Positions 35,101-47,100 of a stretch of 64,000 bases of DNA are shown here, one piece after another. Source of the stretch: Macrostomum lignano. Lineage: Eukaryota. A program made the position numbers and the translations under genes. Numbering within the stretch: position 1 is the first letter of the stretch; the number at the start of each line of letters is the position of its first letter. Under the pieces are notes generated by a model. It was not told the DNA's origin. It saw nothing but the letters and a program-made list of their open reading frames with translations, and ran no database searches. The stretch lies in contig NIVC01000390.1 in assembly GCA_002269645.1 (NCBI GenBank), forward strand, positions 186,001 to 250,000, in the 5' to 3' direction.

Positions 35101-38100
35101 CTTAGGCACTCATTTTGGCGCCATAGGCACTCAGTTTGGCGCCTTAGGCACTCATTTTGGCGCCTTAGGCACTCATTTTGGCGCCGAAGGCACTCATTTT
35201 GGCGCCATAGGCACTCATTTTGGTGCCGAATGCGCTACAAAGCATTTGCATGTCCCCCCATAGCTTTTACTGCGGGGACATGTACCCCCGTCCCGTCCCC
35301 CCCCGGTGGCGACGCGCCTGCACATCCCCATAACCCAAATCCCCATAACCCACATCTCCATAACCCACATTCTCATATGCCACATTCCCATACTCCAAAT
35401 TCCCATACCCCACATAACCATATCCCACACACCCATACCCTTAATTTGCATATCTGACACATATCCCTCATTGCCCAATAATCATGCATAATTTTCCATT
35501 TGTAAACCCCCATTCTCTTCCTCGCCAGGTCCGCCTCTGCTGGGACGATCCGTCAACGCAAAGTCCCAGATTCCCGTTCCTCATCGAGGCCAAAGGCCGG
35601 GTGCCGTCAACCATTGACGTGAACATCTGCCAGAAGACTGTGCAGACAGACTACCTCGGCCAGCTACTGACTGTATCCATGCTGGAGGCCGAGCTGGACC
35701 CCGAGGCCTACGCCCTGATCCGCATCTACGACCAGATGTCCTCCAACCTGCAGGTGGCCTTCTGGAACGTCAGCATGCGTAACGACACCAAGCCGCCGAA
35801 GCCCTTCATCTATCAGGGCGTCGTGTCAAGGCGCCAGATGCTCCGCATTGAGATGACCTGGGTGAAGTCCACCCGGCTGACAAGGTGCACCACATTTGAG
35901 CCGTGCGTTCGAGTTATTCTACAGGTGAGACTGTACAGGCTATAATTCTACTAATTTTCAGCCATTCAAATACATGTATGACCGATTTTTTCCCACGTTG
36001 TGTATTTAATAGATTTCTTATCCCACACTCCCCATATCCTACACTCCCCATATTCCACACTTCCCAATATTTCACACTCCCTATATCCCACACTCCCCAT
36101 ATCCCACATTCCCATATTCCACACTTCCCAATATTTCACACTCCCTATATCCCAAACTCCCCATATCCCACACTCCCCAATATTTCACACTCCCTATATC
36201 CCACACTCCCTATATCCCACACTCCCCATATCCCATATTCCCCATATCCCACATTCCCCATATACCACACTTTCCAATATTCCACATTTCCCACATCCCA
36301 CACTCCCCATATCCCACACCCCATATCCCACACCAGTCACTTCGAAACTCCCTCACTCTCCCCAGGTGTCGGTAGACAACGGCCGCAAGATGTCAGAGCT
36401 GTCAGTGTCCGAGTCGGACTTCTCGTCAAACGTACAACGCGGCCTGACCGTGGCCAACCCGTGGACCTACGTAGTGGTCAGGGAGAGCACTTTCCGAGCC
36501 AACCTGTTCGATGCCGGCCTGAAGATTGTCAATGGCTCAACGGACGTGTTCGTCAATAGGACTAATTTCCTTGGCAACGAGAGATCCGGACTCAACATCA
36601 GCACGGCCAGCGGTCTGCGAGTGGTCAACGCCAGCAGTTTCCAGTACCAGCAGGGGTTCGGCATGGACGTGTGGCACCAGTACGAGAACCAGACCCGGTT
36701 CGGCACGACCGGGTATCCAAGGCAGACTGAGGTGTTCACCTCGAACTTTAGCTGGAACAGCGAGGCGGCTGCGAGGTGAGCTCACTGCCAGTAGCTTAGT
36801 GTCATAGATTGTTGTCGGTAGTTTTAGGGTCATAGATTGTTGTCGGTACTTTTAGGGTCATAGATTGTTGTCGGTAGTTTTAGGGTCATAGATTGTTGTC
36901 GGTAGTTTTAGGCTCATAGATTGTTGTCGGTAGTTTTAGGGTCATAGATTGTTGTCGGTAGTTTTAGGGTCATAGATTGTTGTCGGTACTTTTAGGGTCA
37001 TAGATTGTTGTCGGTACTTTTAGGGTCATAGATTGTTGTCGGTAGTTTTAGGCTCATAGATTGTTGTCGGTAGTTTTAGGGTCATAGATTGTTGTCGGTA
37101 GTTTTAGGGTCATAGATTGTTGTCGGTACTTTTAGGGTCATAGATTGTTGTCGGTAGTTTTAGGGTCATAGATTGTTGTCGGTACTTTTAGGGTCATATA
37201 TTGTTGTCGGTAGTTTTAGGGTCATAGATTGTTGTCGGTACTTTTAGGGTCATAGATTATTGTCGGTACTTTTAGGGTCATAGATTGTTGTCGGTACTTT
37301 TAGGGTCATAGATTGTTGTCGGTAGTTTTAGGGTCATAGATTGTTGTCGGTACTTTTAGGGTCATAGATTGTTGTCGGTACTTTTAGGGTCATAGATTGT
37401 TGTCGGTAGTTTTAGGGTCATAGATTGTTGTCGGTAGTTTTAGGGTCATAGATTGTTGTCGGTACTTTTAGGGTCATAGATTGTTGTCGGTACTTTTAGG
37501 GTCATAGATTGTTGTCGGTACTTTTAGGGTCATAGATTGTTGTCGGTAGTTTTAGGGTCATAGATTGTTGTCGGTACTTTTAGGGTCATAGATTGTTGTC
37601 GGTACTTTTAGGGTCATAGATTGTTGTCGGTAGTTTTAGGGTCATAGATTGTTGTCGGTAGTTTTAGGGTCATAGATTGTTGTCGGTACTTTTAGGGTCA
37701 TAGATTGTTGTCGGTACTTTTAGGGTCATAGATTGTTGTCGGTACTTTTAGGGTCATAGATTGTTGTCGGTACTTTTTGGGTCAAACATTATTGTCGGTA
37801 CTTTTAGGGTCATAGATTATTTTCGGTAGTCTTAGGGTCATAGATTATTGTCGGTAGTTTTAGAGTCATAGATTGTTGTTAGTAGTTTTAGAGTCATGGA
37901 TTCTTGTCGGGTTTACACTGATTATGCTTGGTTCCCTCTTTCCCACCAGATTCTACAACTCGTGCGACACGCACAACATTGTGGTGAATAACAGCGACTT
38001 CCGCCAGAACCAACGGGCATAGAGTACAGCATCTTCACCGTGTCGTAGTCAGTTTGAAAATGTTCGCAACAATCGAAGTGGCCCCAATGCTGGTGAATTG

Positions 38101-41100
38101 GCAGGATAACTAATAACACATTTGAAAGGCACAACAGATCTGTAGTGCTCATTGACAATGGCATCAATTTTGTACAGCAGAGAATCTATGCTACAATGTC
38201 GGTGAAGTACGCTATCGAGTACAATATATTCCAGTACAATAGCGGCTATTTTGTATTGAACACCCGGCTGCTGCTGAATAGCGTGGTGCAGAGCATCGCT
38301 ATTATGTACAATAAATTCATTGACAATGCCATCAAGAAGGCGCCAGGGTTCCTCAATCCCCGAAGCAGCGTGCAGGCCGTAGTGATTCTCAGCTCCGACC
38401 AGAGTCAGCTGGCATTCTGCAGGAACTACATCAATAATACTCAGTCGGATTATGAGATTGGCACACATCTAATGTCGCCAATGTCCTCGGTGAATGCCAC
38501 TCTCAATTTCTGGGGCACCCCGGCCGATCTGCGGGTTGGCACCTGGGACAGCGTTGCTCCGTTGGTGTTCGCCAGGCTGTTTGACAAGATTGCCAGGTGA
38601 GTGAATGACTTGGGGGGAACTGGTCAACGGGTTTTGTATGCCGCAGACTCTGTTCTCCAATAATTAGTCTTTGTTTCGTACAACAACAGTCCTTGTCGGG
38701 TGCTGTCATGTACCTAGATTTGAAATGGAGACCTCAACGTATTGTCAAAGAAGACACCTGCTGGTCATCTTGCCTGGTCTTCGTCTCAAATCACCAGTCT
38801 TAGTCTTATATAAGTTTATATTGCAGGTACATCACCAGTCTTTGTCTCATATAACCAGTCTTTGTCTCATATAACCAGTCTTTGTCTCATGGTCAGTCTT
38901 TGTCTCGTATGACCAGTCTGTCTCATAAGACTAGTCTTTGTCTCATATGGCCTTTCTTTGTCTCATATGGCCTTTCTTTGTCTCATATGGCCAGTTTTTG
39001 TCTCATATGGCCTGTCTTTGTCTCATATGGCCAGTCTGCCTCAGAACTGGCTCTGTATCGTTGTATCGTATTGCCAGTCTTGCCCAATATCAGCAGCCAT
39101 AAATAAATAACAGCTCGCACAATTTTATCCCACTTGAATTGGCAGGTACACCCTGGCCCGGATCAAGTACTGGCCAGTGCTCAAAGAGCGCCTGCTCAAC
39201 ACGGACAAGAACACGTTTGACACGCCCGAGTTCATCTATAGGTTCCGAGAGGGCTCGTCCAGAATCATTGGCGGCCCGATATTGGACGAGTTCATCTCCC
39301 AGGTCACCCTGGAAGGCGGGGTCTATCAGGTAAGTCTCATTAGCAAACGGTAAATTTCTGGGTTAATTGCTGTGTTGTCCGCGTCCCCCTTTTCAAACCT
39401 GGAAAAGCAATGACCCTAAGCTACTGAGCAGCTATTGCCCTAAGCTACTAAGCAGCTATGACCCTAAGCTACTGAGCAGCTATGACCCTAAGCTACTGAG
39501 CAGCTATGACCCTAAGCTACTGAGCAGCTATGACCCTAAGCTACTGAGCAGCTATGACCCTAAGCTACTGAGCAGCTATGACCCTAAGCTACTGAGCAGC
39601 TATGACCCTAAGCTACTGAGCAGCTATGACCCTAAGCTACTGAGCAGCTATGACCCTAAGCTACTGAGCAGCTATGACCCTAAACTACTATGAGCTACTG
39701 AGCTGACCCTAAGCTACTGAGCAGCTAAGAGCAGCTACTGAGCAGCCATGACCCTAAGCTACTGAGCAGCTATGACCCTAAACTACTGAGCAGCTATGAC
39801 CCTAAGCTACTGAGCAGCTATTGCCCTAAGCTACTGAGCAGCTATGGCCGTAATTTGGACAATTTAGCACAAAGAGAAGGCATTCAGCATGTCAAAAAAT
39901 GAAATATTAACAATGAAACCCGCAGGTAACCCGCGACATATTCGTGCCCCTTCGCAACAAGCTCGTCATCCAGCCCGGCGCCCGTTTAGAATTCGACAAT
40001 TCCGTCGGTATCTTCGTTGAAGGCTCCCTGACAGTTGGCGGCACACCCTCTCAGCCGGTGTCCTTCACCATGGGCCCCGGGCAGTACCTGGGCGGCCTGG
40101 GCTCAGCCAATCACAGCGTCGCTAACGGCACCTCCAACGGCACAGACCCTGGCGCCGGCGTCAACGTCCGCCTAGCCGACGGTCGCAGCTTCGCCGAGGG
40201 CCGATTAGAGATTCAAATTGACGGCGTCTGGGGCACCGTGTGCGACCGCGACTTCGAACTGGCCGAGGCCAACATCGTCTGCAACATGCTGGGCCTGGTG
40301 GCGCACCCGGCCGACTGGCAGCTGCTGCCTGCCGAGCGCCGGCCCGGCCCAGCCTCCATGCCGATCCTGCGGTCCGGGCTGCAGTGCCAGCCCTGGGACC
40401 TAGACATCCGCGCCTGCCCTGCCGACGGACCCAGCGATCACAGCTGCGACCACAGTCGGGATGTTCACCTGCGCTGCAAGCGGAAGGCCTGGGCCGGCCT
40501 GCGGTTCACCGCGTCGAACGATTTGAGCACAGTCACGCATCTTAACTTGGACACGGGCGGGCTTTTGGACTATTTTCGAATGTACTTTTCACCCGGAGTG
40601 CAGGTGCGTTCTAGCTAGTAGCGCCTTGGCAACACTAGTTTTACCTAGCCTAGTATTCTAGCGCGATGCTCTGATGTGCCAGCGGCCCGGGCTCGATTCC
40701 AAGTTCAGTCGCATTGATTTGGGTCTAAATTGGAATCTCGGCTTGGCTCTGCTCGTGCAGTTAACGCCATTGAGAGCCGACCCCCAATGTACATTGAAGT
40801 GTACATGCCTGACGATTGGAAAATCAGGGCGGCTGTACACCCTGTGTGAATTTGAGCACAACTGCTCGCCTCCTCGCTGACTTTTCAAAGACTCAAGCGA
40901 CTGTATAATGCGATTGAGAGGCGACTGTTGAGTCATGAACGCGTCATTTTGTGAGTTTTAGAATCGTTAAAAAGCCGCGAAAAAGTCGTTCAATAGTCGT
41001 TGTGTTGGCGCTGAACTTTCTACTAACTCAAGTAGACTAAATAGAGTTGTCATAAATTCGAAATGCGATTCTAATTCATAAAGTGACCCAGATGCGCCTT

Positions 41101-44100
41101 AGACGCAACTCAGTGATTCTGCAGCGACTCTATGGCCCTAGAGTCATTAAAGAAGTCCCCCAGAGTCACTTGCGTCGCCCAGAGTTGTTTCAGAGTCGCA
41201 GAAGACGATAAAACGCCACAAATAGCTCTTAGGCGACTCTTTCACGACTTTTGGCGACTTGTACCGTGACATCTGGTCGTTTTAAGAGTCGTCTAGAGTC
41301 ACTTCTTTCCTATTTTACCTGTGTTACCTGCAACGACACTGAGATGACTCTGGGACGCTTCTTGGTCTGGGTAACTTTTTTATAGAAGCTGCGGGTTGAC
41401 CTGTCAACTAACTGAATTTAGTCTCCCCCATCCCGTTGCCAGGTGGACTATAACAAGCATCTGTTCCAGAATGTTCGAGTCTCCAACTGCCTTTCGCACG
41501 GGTTTGTTGTGCTGCACAACGAGCTTTACCGGGACAACCGGCTTAGCAACTGCCAGCTGACTGGTAACCTTGGCAACGGAGTGCTGATCCGCAGCCCCCT
41601 GATCGGCCTCACCGCCTGCAACATGTCAAACAATCAGGGCTCGGGATTCGAGTACAACCCCGGCTTCACCGAGCAGGAAGCTTACGAGTTTCGTTCGTCG
41701 TTTCCGCCAGTTCGCAAAACTATGCTAACTAGCCTGACCGCCTCTTCGCCTCAGGTGATTGGCATTCAGTCCAGCGACACCGACTACCTGGTCACCAACC
41801 CGAGCGCCAGTGCCGTCAGCGGCGTCTACCGGGTGCAGCTGAACGCCGGCCAGTCAGAGCAGCGGCTCATCCTCACCGTGGTGGACTTTAACCCGGACCC
41901 AGCCTGGGAGCGGGTCACCATCTACGATGTGGCTGCCGCTTCAGTTAATGAGAATTCGCCAAAATGGCGCATTCCAGAGGATCTGGTACTGTTTCCCGCT
42001 GTATCCTCGGGCGCCGCGGTCACGGTGGAGTACCGAGTGAAGGGTCCCGTCACGGACAAGCTGGCTCTGATAGTGCAATCGTCGGATATGCGCGGCATGC
42101 CCGAGGCTAATTATCGAGACTACTATCCGCCTACCAAACTGTTGCTTAGCAACTGCCAGATGATCGGCAACGCCAAGGGTATTTCTATTACGCATTATAA
42201 CGACGGTACCGACGACCAGTTGTCGAGGGTGTACATCAGGCGGCGGTTTGAAACCATCGAGATGACTGGATTGACCATTGCGGACAATCGGCAATACGGC
42301 CTTCACGTGCCGAGTGTCAGTCCGTATCAGGTAACTATTGGGAGTCTTGATAGGCTCTGCAACTGTGACTGAATAGGCTCTGCAACTGTGACTGAGTAGG
42401 CTCTGCAACTATGACTGAATAGGCTCTGCAACTGTGACTGAGTAGCTCTGCAACTGTGACTGAATAGGCTCTGCAACTGTGACTGAATAGGCTCTGCAAC
42501 TGTGACTGAGTAGCTCTGCAACTGTGACTGAATAGGCTCTGCAACTGTGACTGAATAGGCTCTGCAACTGTGACTGAATAGGCTCTGCAACTGTGACTGA
42601 GTAGCTCTGCAACTGTGACTGAATAGGCTCTGCAACTGTGACTGAATAGGCTCTGCAACTGTGACTGAGTAGCTTTGCAACTGTGACTGAATAGGCTCTG
42701 CAACTGTGACTGAGTAGCTTTGCAACTACGAGTATGTCTGAGTAGCACTGCAACTATGACTGAGTACCCCTGCAACTGTGACTGAGTAGACTCTTCATTC
42801 ATGACTGAGTAGGCTCTTCAATCATGACTGAGTAGACTCTTCATTCATGACTGAGTAGGCTCTTCAATCATGACTGAGTAGACTCTTAATTCATGACTGA
42901 GTAGGCTCTTCATTCATAACTGAGTAGGCTCTTCAATCATAACTGAGTAGACTCTTCATTCATGACTGAGTAGGCTCTTCAATCATGACTGAGTAGGCTC
43001 TTCATTCATGACTGAGTAGACTCTTCATTCATGACTGAGTAGGCTCTTCAATCATGACTGAGTAGGCTTTGAATCATTACTGAGCAAGCTCTTCAATCAT
43101 GACTGAATAGCCTCTTAAATTACGACTGAGTAGGTTCTTCAAATATGACTGAGTTGGCTTATCAATCATGACTGAGCAGGCTCTAAATTATGACTGAGTA
43201 GGCTCTTATATAGGCTGATGATGCTCTAAGGCAGGCTGATCAGAGGTTCTCAAAAAATGAGAAAACCAGTGAATTGGTGTCTAAAAGCAGCCGTAGAGTC
43301 TGCAAAAGCGCCTAATTTCGCTCCCAAACCACCCGCAGAACGACCTGTTTGCCCCCAGCTACGCCGAAGTAGTTGAAGGCTCCTCCCGCATCGCCAGAAT
43401 TGAATACCGCATCACTAACTGCCAGTTCACTGGCAACGGCCAGGCCGTGTTCTCCCAGCACAATCACGTGCAGTACGCCAACAACTTGTGGAATTACACT
43501 ATCGAGCAGTGCGAATTCTCGCGCAACACTCGCGGCGGATTTGACATCGATTTTCCGTTTGTTAGTAAAAAATTCGACTGGCGCTACGAAGAGGACATCA
43601 TGCACTATGTCACTTATAGGAACAACAAGTTCGCGGCCAATCAGAACACGCGCATGGTTATCAGAGGCTACAACGCCGATATTAACATATTGAATAGCGA
43701 GTTCACTGATAACAGGTGCCAGCGCCAGAGCCTTATCGGCCTGCTTGGCATGGAGAAGCGGGTCAGCCTATCAGGCAACACCATCACTAACAATGTCAAC
43801 TGCACCGCACTTGTTGACTTTGACATCGTCTCCCAGACGGAGTTCTCACCGCCCGTGCCGGCCAGCGTCACCAGGAACGTCATTCGTGGCAACGCCTGCC
43901 CGCCGTCCTCCGATCCAGACGGCGTACTGGACTCTTCGACCCCAACCTGCGCGGCGGTCAGCGTCCAGGGCATTCAAGATGTTCTTGTCCAGCGCAACAT
44001 CATTAGCAACGGCTACCAGACTGAGCTCATCGCCGGTGTACAATCGTCCAGCCTCATCAACTCGTTCAATTGCACCGAAAACTATTGGGGCAGCGTCGAT

Positions 44101-47100
44101 ATCGAAGTGATCCGATCGAGAATATTTGACTACGACAGCTGGAACAATTTCGCCGTGGCCGATTTCAGCCGCTATCTGACCACCGAGTCTCTGGACTCTC
44201 CGGTCAGCTCGGCCGTCATACCGCCCAGGACCATCGATTTCAATCGGCCATTCGGCGGCCGAATCGCGCGGGACACTCGGCTGCAGTGGCGCCGGACGCC
44301 CTACCTGGTGAATCGGGACATCACGGTGATGCCCGGTGCCACTCTCAGCATCGATGCCGGGGTTGAGCTGCAATTCTATCCCAATGTCGGCATGCTGGTG
44401 CTGGGCCGCATCGACGCAATGGGCTCCTACAACTCCCCCATCAAAATGCGTCCTGTTGTCAAGGCGGCAGCGGCTGCAGCCGGACGGAAGCGTCGAAAAC
44501 GTCGCGACACGACAACTAGCTCAACAGCCGAGTACTTCGCCAAGTACACGGAGCCGGAGTCCAGCAAAGGCGGCGTGAAAGTGTCGCTTGAACGGAACGG
44601 CATTCGGCTGGTGGCTGGCCGAATTGCTAACGAAGGATTTCTGCAGTTTTATAACACCTCGGCGGCCAGGTGAGTGATAGATGCTTAATATGGTTCTGAG
44701 GTCTTTACCTCTGATCTCAAACTACAAGTAGCAGTCTTTTCTTACTACTCTTTAGTAGGTGGGTAGTAGGCGATCTCTTATAACGACCTTTTTGTACAGT
44801 AGTTATAGGCACAGGTATTGCTTTTGTCAGCTAAGATGATAATGGATGATCCACTGCACTCGGCCATAGACAATAAGGCCAATCAAGCAGGCAGCTCGCA
44901 ACTCCAAGCATGCTGTCTCCTACAGGCTGCGGCCCAAGCCAGCTGTTAAAGGCTCTGCTCTCTGGTTTAAAAAGACAATCAAGTAGAGAATTACAAAGCA
45001 AGTTGGAGTTAAAACAAAATGGGCTCGGATTTTCTTAGAATTTTCATAACTTTTTTATCATTGCGGCAGCTTATTGTTTTATGCATGATTTTTTTGCGGA
45101 ATAATATCTGTGTTGTGATTTGTTCGCGGCTTTTTTCTATGGTCAAACCCGATAAATTTGCAGTCTCATGACAAAATTCGCATTCAATTTGCGTTGCATA
45201 TGCCCAAAAGTAATAAGCAACGAACAGGCGATTTTTTTACTGTATAGTTAGCGAGTGTAGATAAAATGGTACACTAGGACTCGAACCAGGGTCCTCTTAC
45301 TAATCCCTTTGCTGCCGCTCCCTAATCCCAGATGGGACATTGTCTGCGACAACCAGTTCTCCGAAGAGGTCGGCCGCGTCGTCTGTCGCGAGCTCGGCGT
45401 CGAGACCTTCAACGTGATCGTCCGGGAGACCTATCTGTACGATCACTACGTGTACGGCTTCGATAATCAGTTTGTGCGCAAGTACTTCTGGATGCGAACC
45501 TACAATTGCAAAGGCACCGAGCTCAGCCGGGCTGAGTGCACCGAGCGGCTGAACTACGACTCGCTGATGTGCGGCCGCCGCCGCGGCTACGTGTTCCTCC
45601 GCTGCGGCCAGTCGAATCTGCAGCCGGGCGAGACCTACTGGGGCAGCATCCGGGTTGCTCATCCGGCCATTGAGCAGTCCAACCCCATCACCGGCAAGCC
45701 GTCTCAGTTTCGCTACGTGAACATCTACGGCGCGGGCGTGCTGCACAAGCAGAAGGTGGCGGCAATCCAGACCACCTATCAGTACCCGCTGTTTGACACG
45801 GTCACCATTAGCAACTGCGCCAGCGATGGCTATAAAATCATTGCGCCAAGGCAGTTCGTCCGAGTCGCCAACACCACCGTCCGCGACAACCTCGGCACCG
45901 GCTATTCAATCATCGTCTTGAACGGCGACTCGGCAAACCCGGAGACTACGCCTTTGGTGAGCTTCAATCCTCTGGTTGAGAGCAGCATACCGTATAACCT
46001 GGTCGGCCTGGTGGACATCTGCGACAGGCGCAAGGATATTGTTGTCGTTGACCGGCTGCTGGTGTTCTACAAATACTCGTACGAGACCAGGGCCTGCACT
46101 AAGCTGTTCAGATCGCAGGTCAGCGCCAAGCGGGTGGCGCTGCGGTTCCTCCAGATCCAGCTCTACTACGATCCGTTCAGCAAGAACTCAATAGAACTGT
46201 TCAACGGAGACCGCTTTAACACTACTGAACTGCTGGCCTACATCTCGGCGGCCAATATGACCAGTTCAGATGACCGGAGGAGAACATTCAGAACCAGGCC
46301 AGCCTATGACACAATGGGCGTACACATTCACGCGTCCAGCGCCGCTCCGACTAACGGTTTCATTGCCGAGGTGGTCACCCTGCCGCTTAGTCCGGACAAG
46401 ACCTACCCGGATCTGAACAACTTCATGGAGCACTACGTCAGACAGTCCGTGTTTACCGGCAACCAAGAAGGCGGAGTTCACTATAGAGGAGTTGGCGAGA
46501 TTAATCCCGACTTTGTGGCGCATTTCAATCAGTTTGAGCGGAACGGATTGGACATATTGAATCTAACTAGCAGGCCAGTGCTGTTTGCGCAGATGCAGAA
46601 TGGCCGCTATCTGGATGTGTCTAATAATTTGGTGAGCACTATCTGAGGTATCTGAAGCCTCCCTATCTGAGGCATCTGAAGCCCCCCTATCTGAGGTATC
46701 TGAAGCCTCCCTATCTGAGGTATCTGAAGCCTCCCTATCTGAGGTATCTGAAGCCCCCCTATCTGAGGTATCTGAAGCCCCCTTATCTGAGGTATCTGAA
46801 GCCCCCTTATCTGAGGTATCTGAAGCCTCCCTATCTGAGGTATCTGAAGCCTCCCTATCTGAGGTATCTGAAGCCTCCCTATCTGAGGTATCTGAAGCCC
46901 CCCTATCTGAGGTATCTGAAGCCCCCCTATCTGAGGTATCTGAAGCCCCCCTATCTGAGGTATCTGAAGCCTCCCTATCTGAGGCATCTGAAGCCCCCCT
47001 ATCTGAGGCATCTGAAGCCCCCTCTCTGAGTCGTCTCAAAAGTCTCGAAGGTCTCAACTAGCTACGTTATTATCATACGTGACTAATTGGTACCTCGCCA

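Noticed and set aside
36800-37900. Interstitial telomere
   Set aside because: TTAGGG occurs once per 28-bp unit, not as tandem hexamers.
45266-45298. Minus-strand tRNA-like T-arm (ggttcgagtcc)
   Set aside because: No D-arm or anticodon arm; at most a SINE or tRNA fragment.
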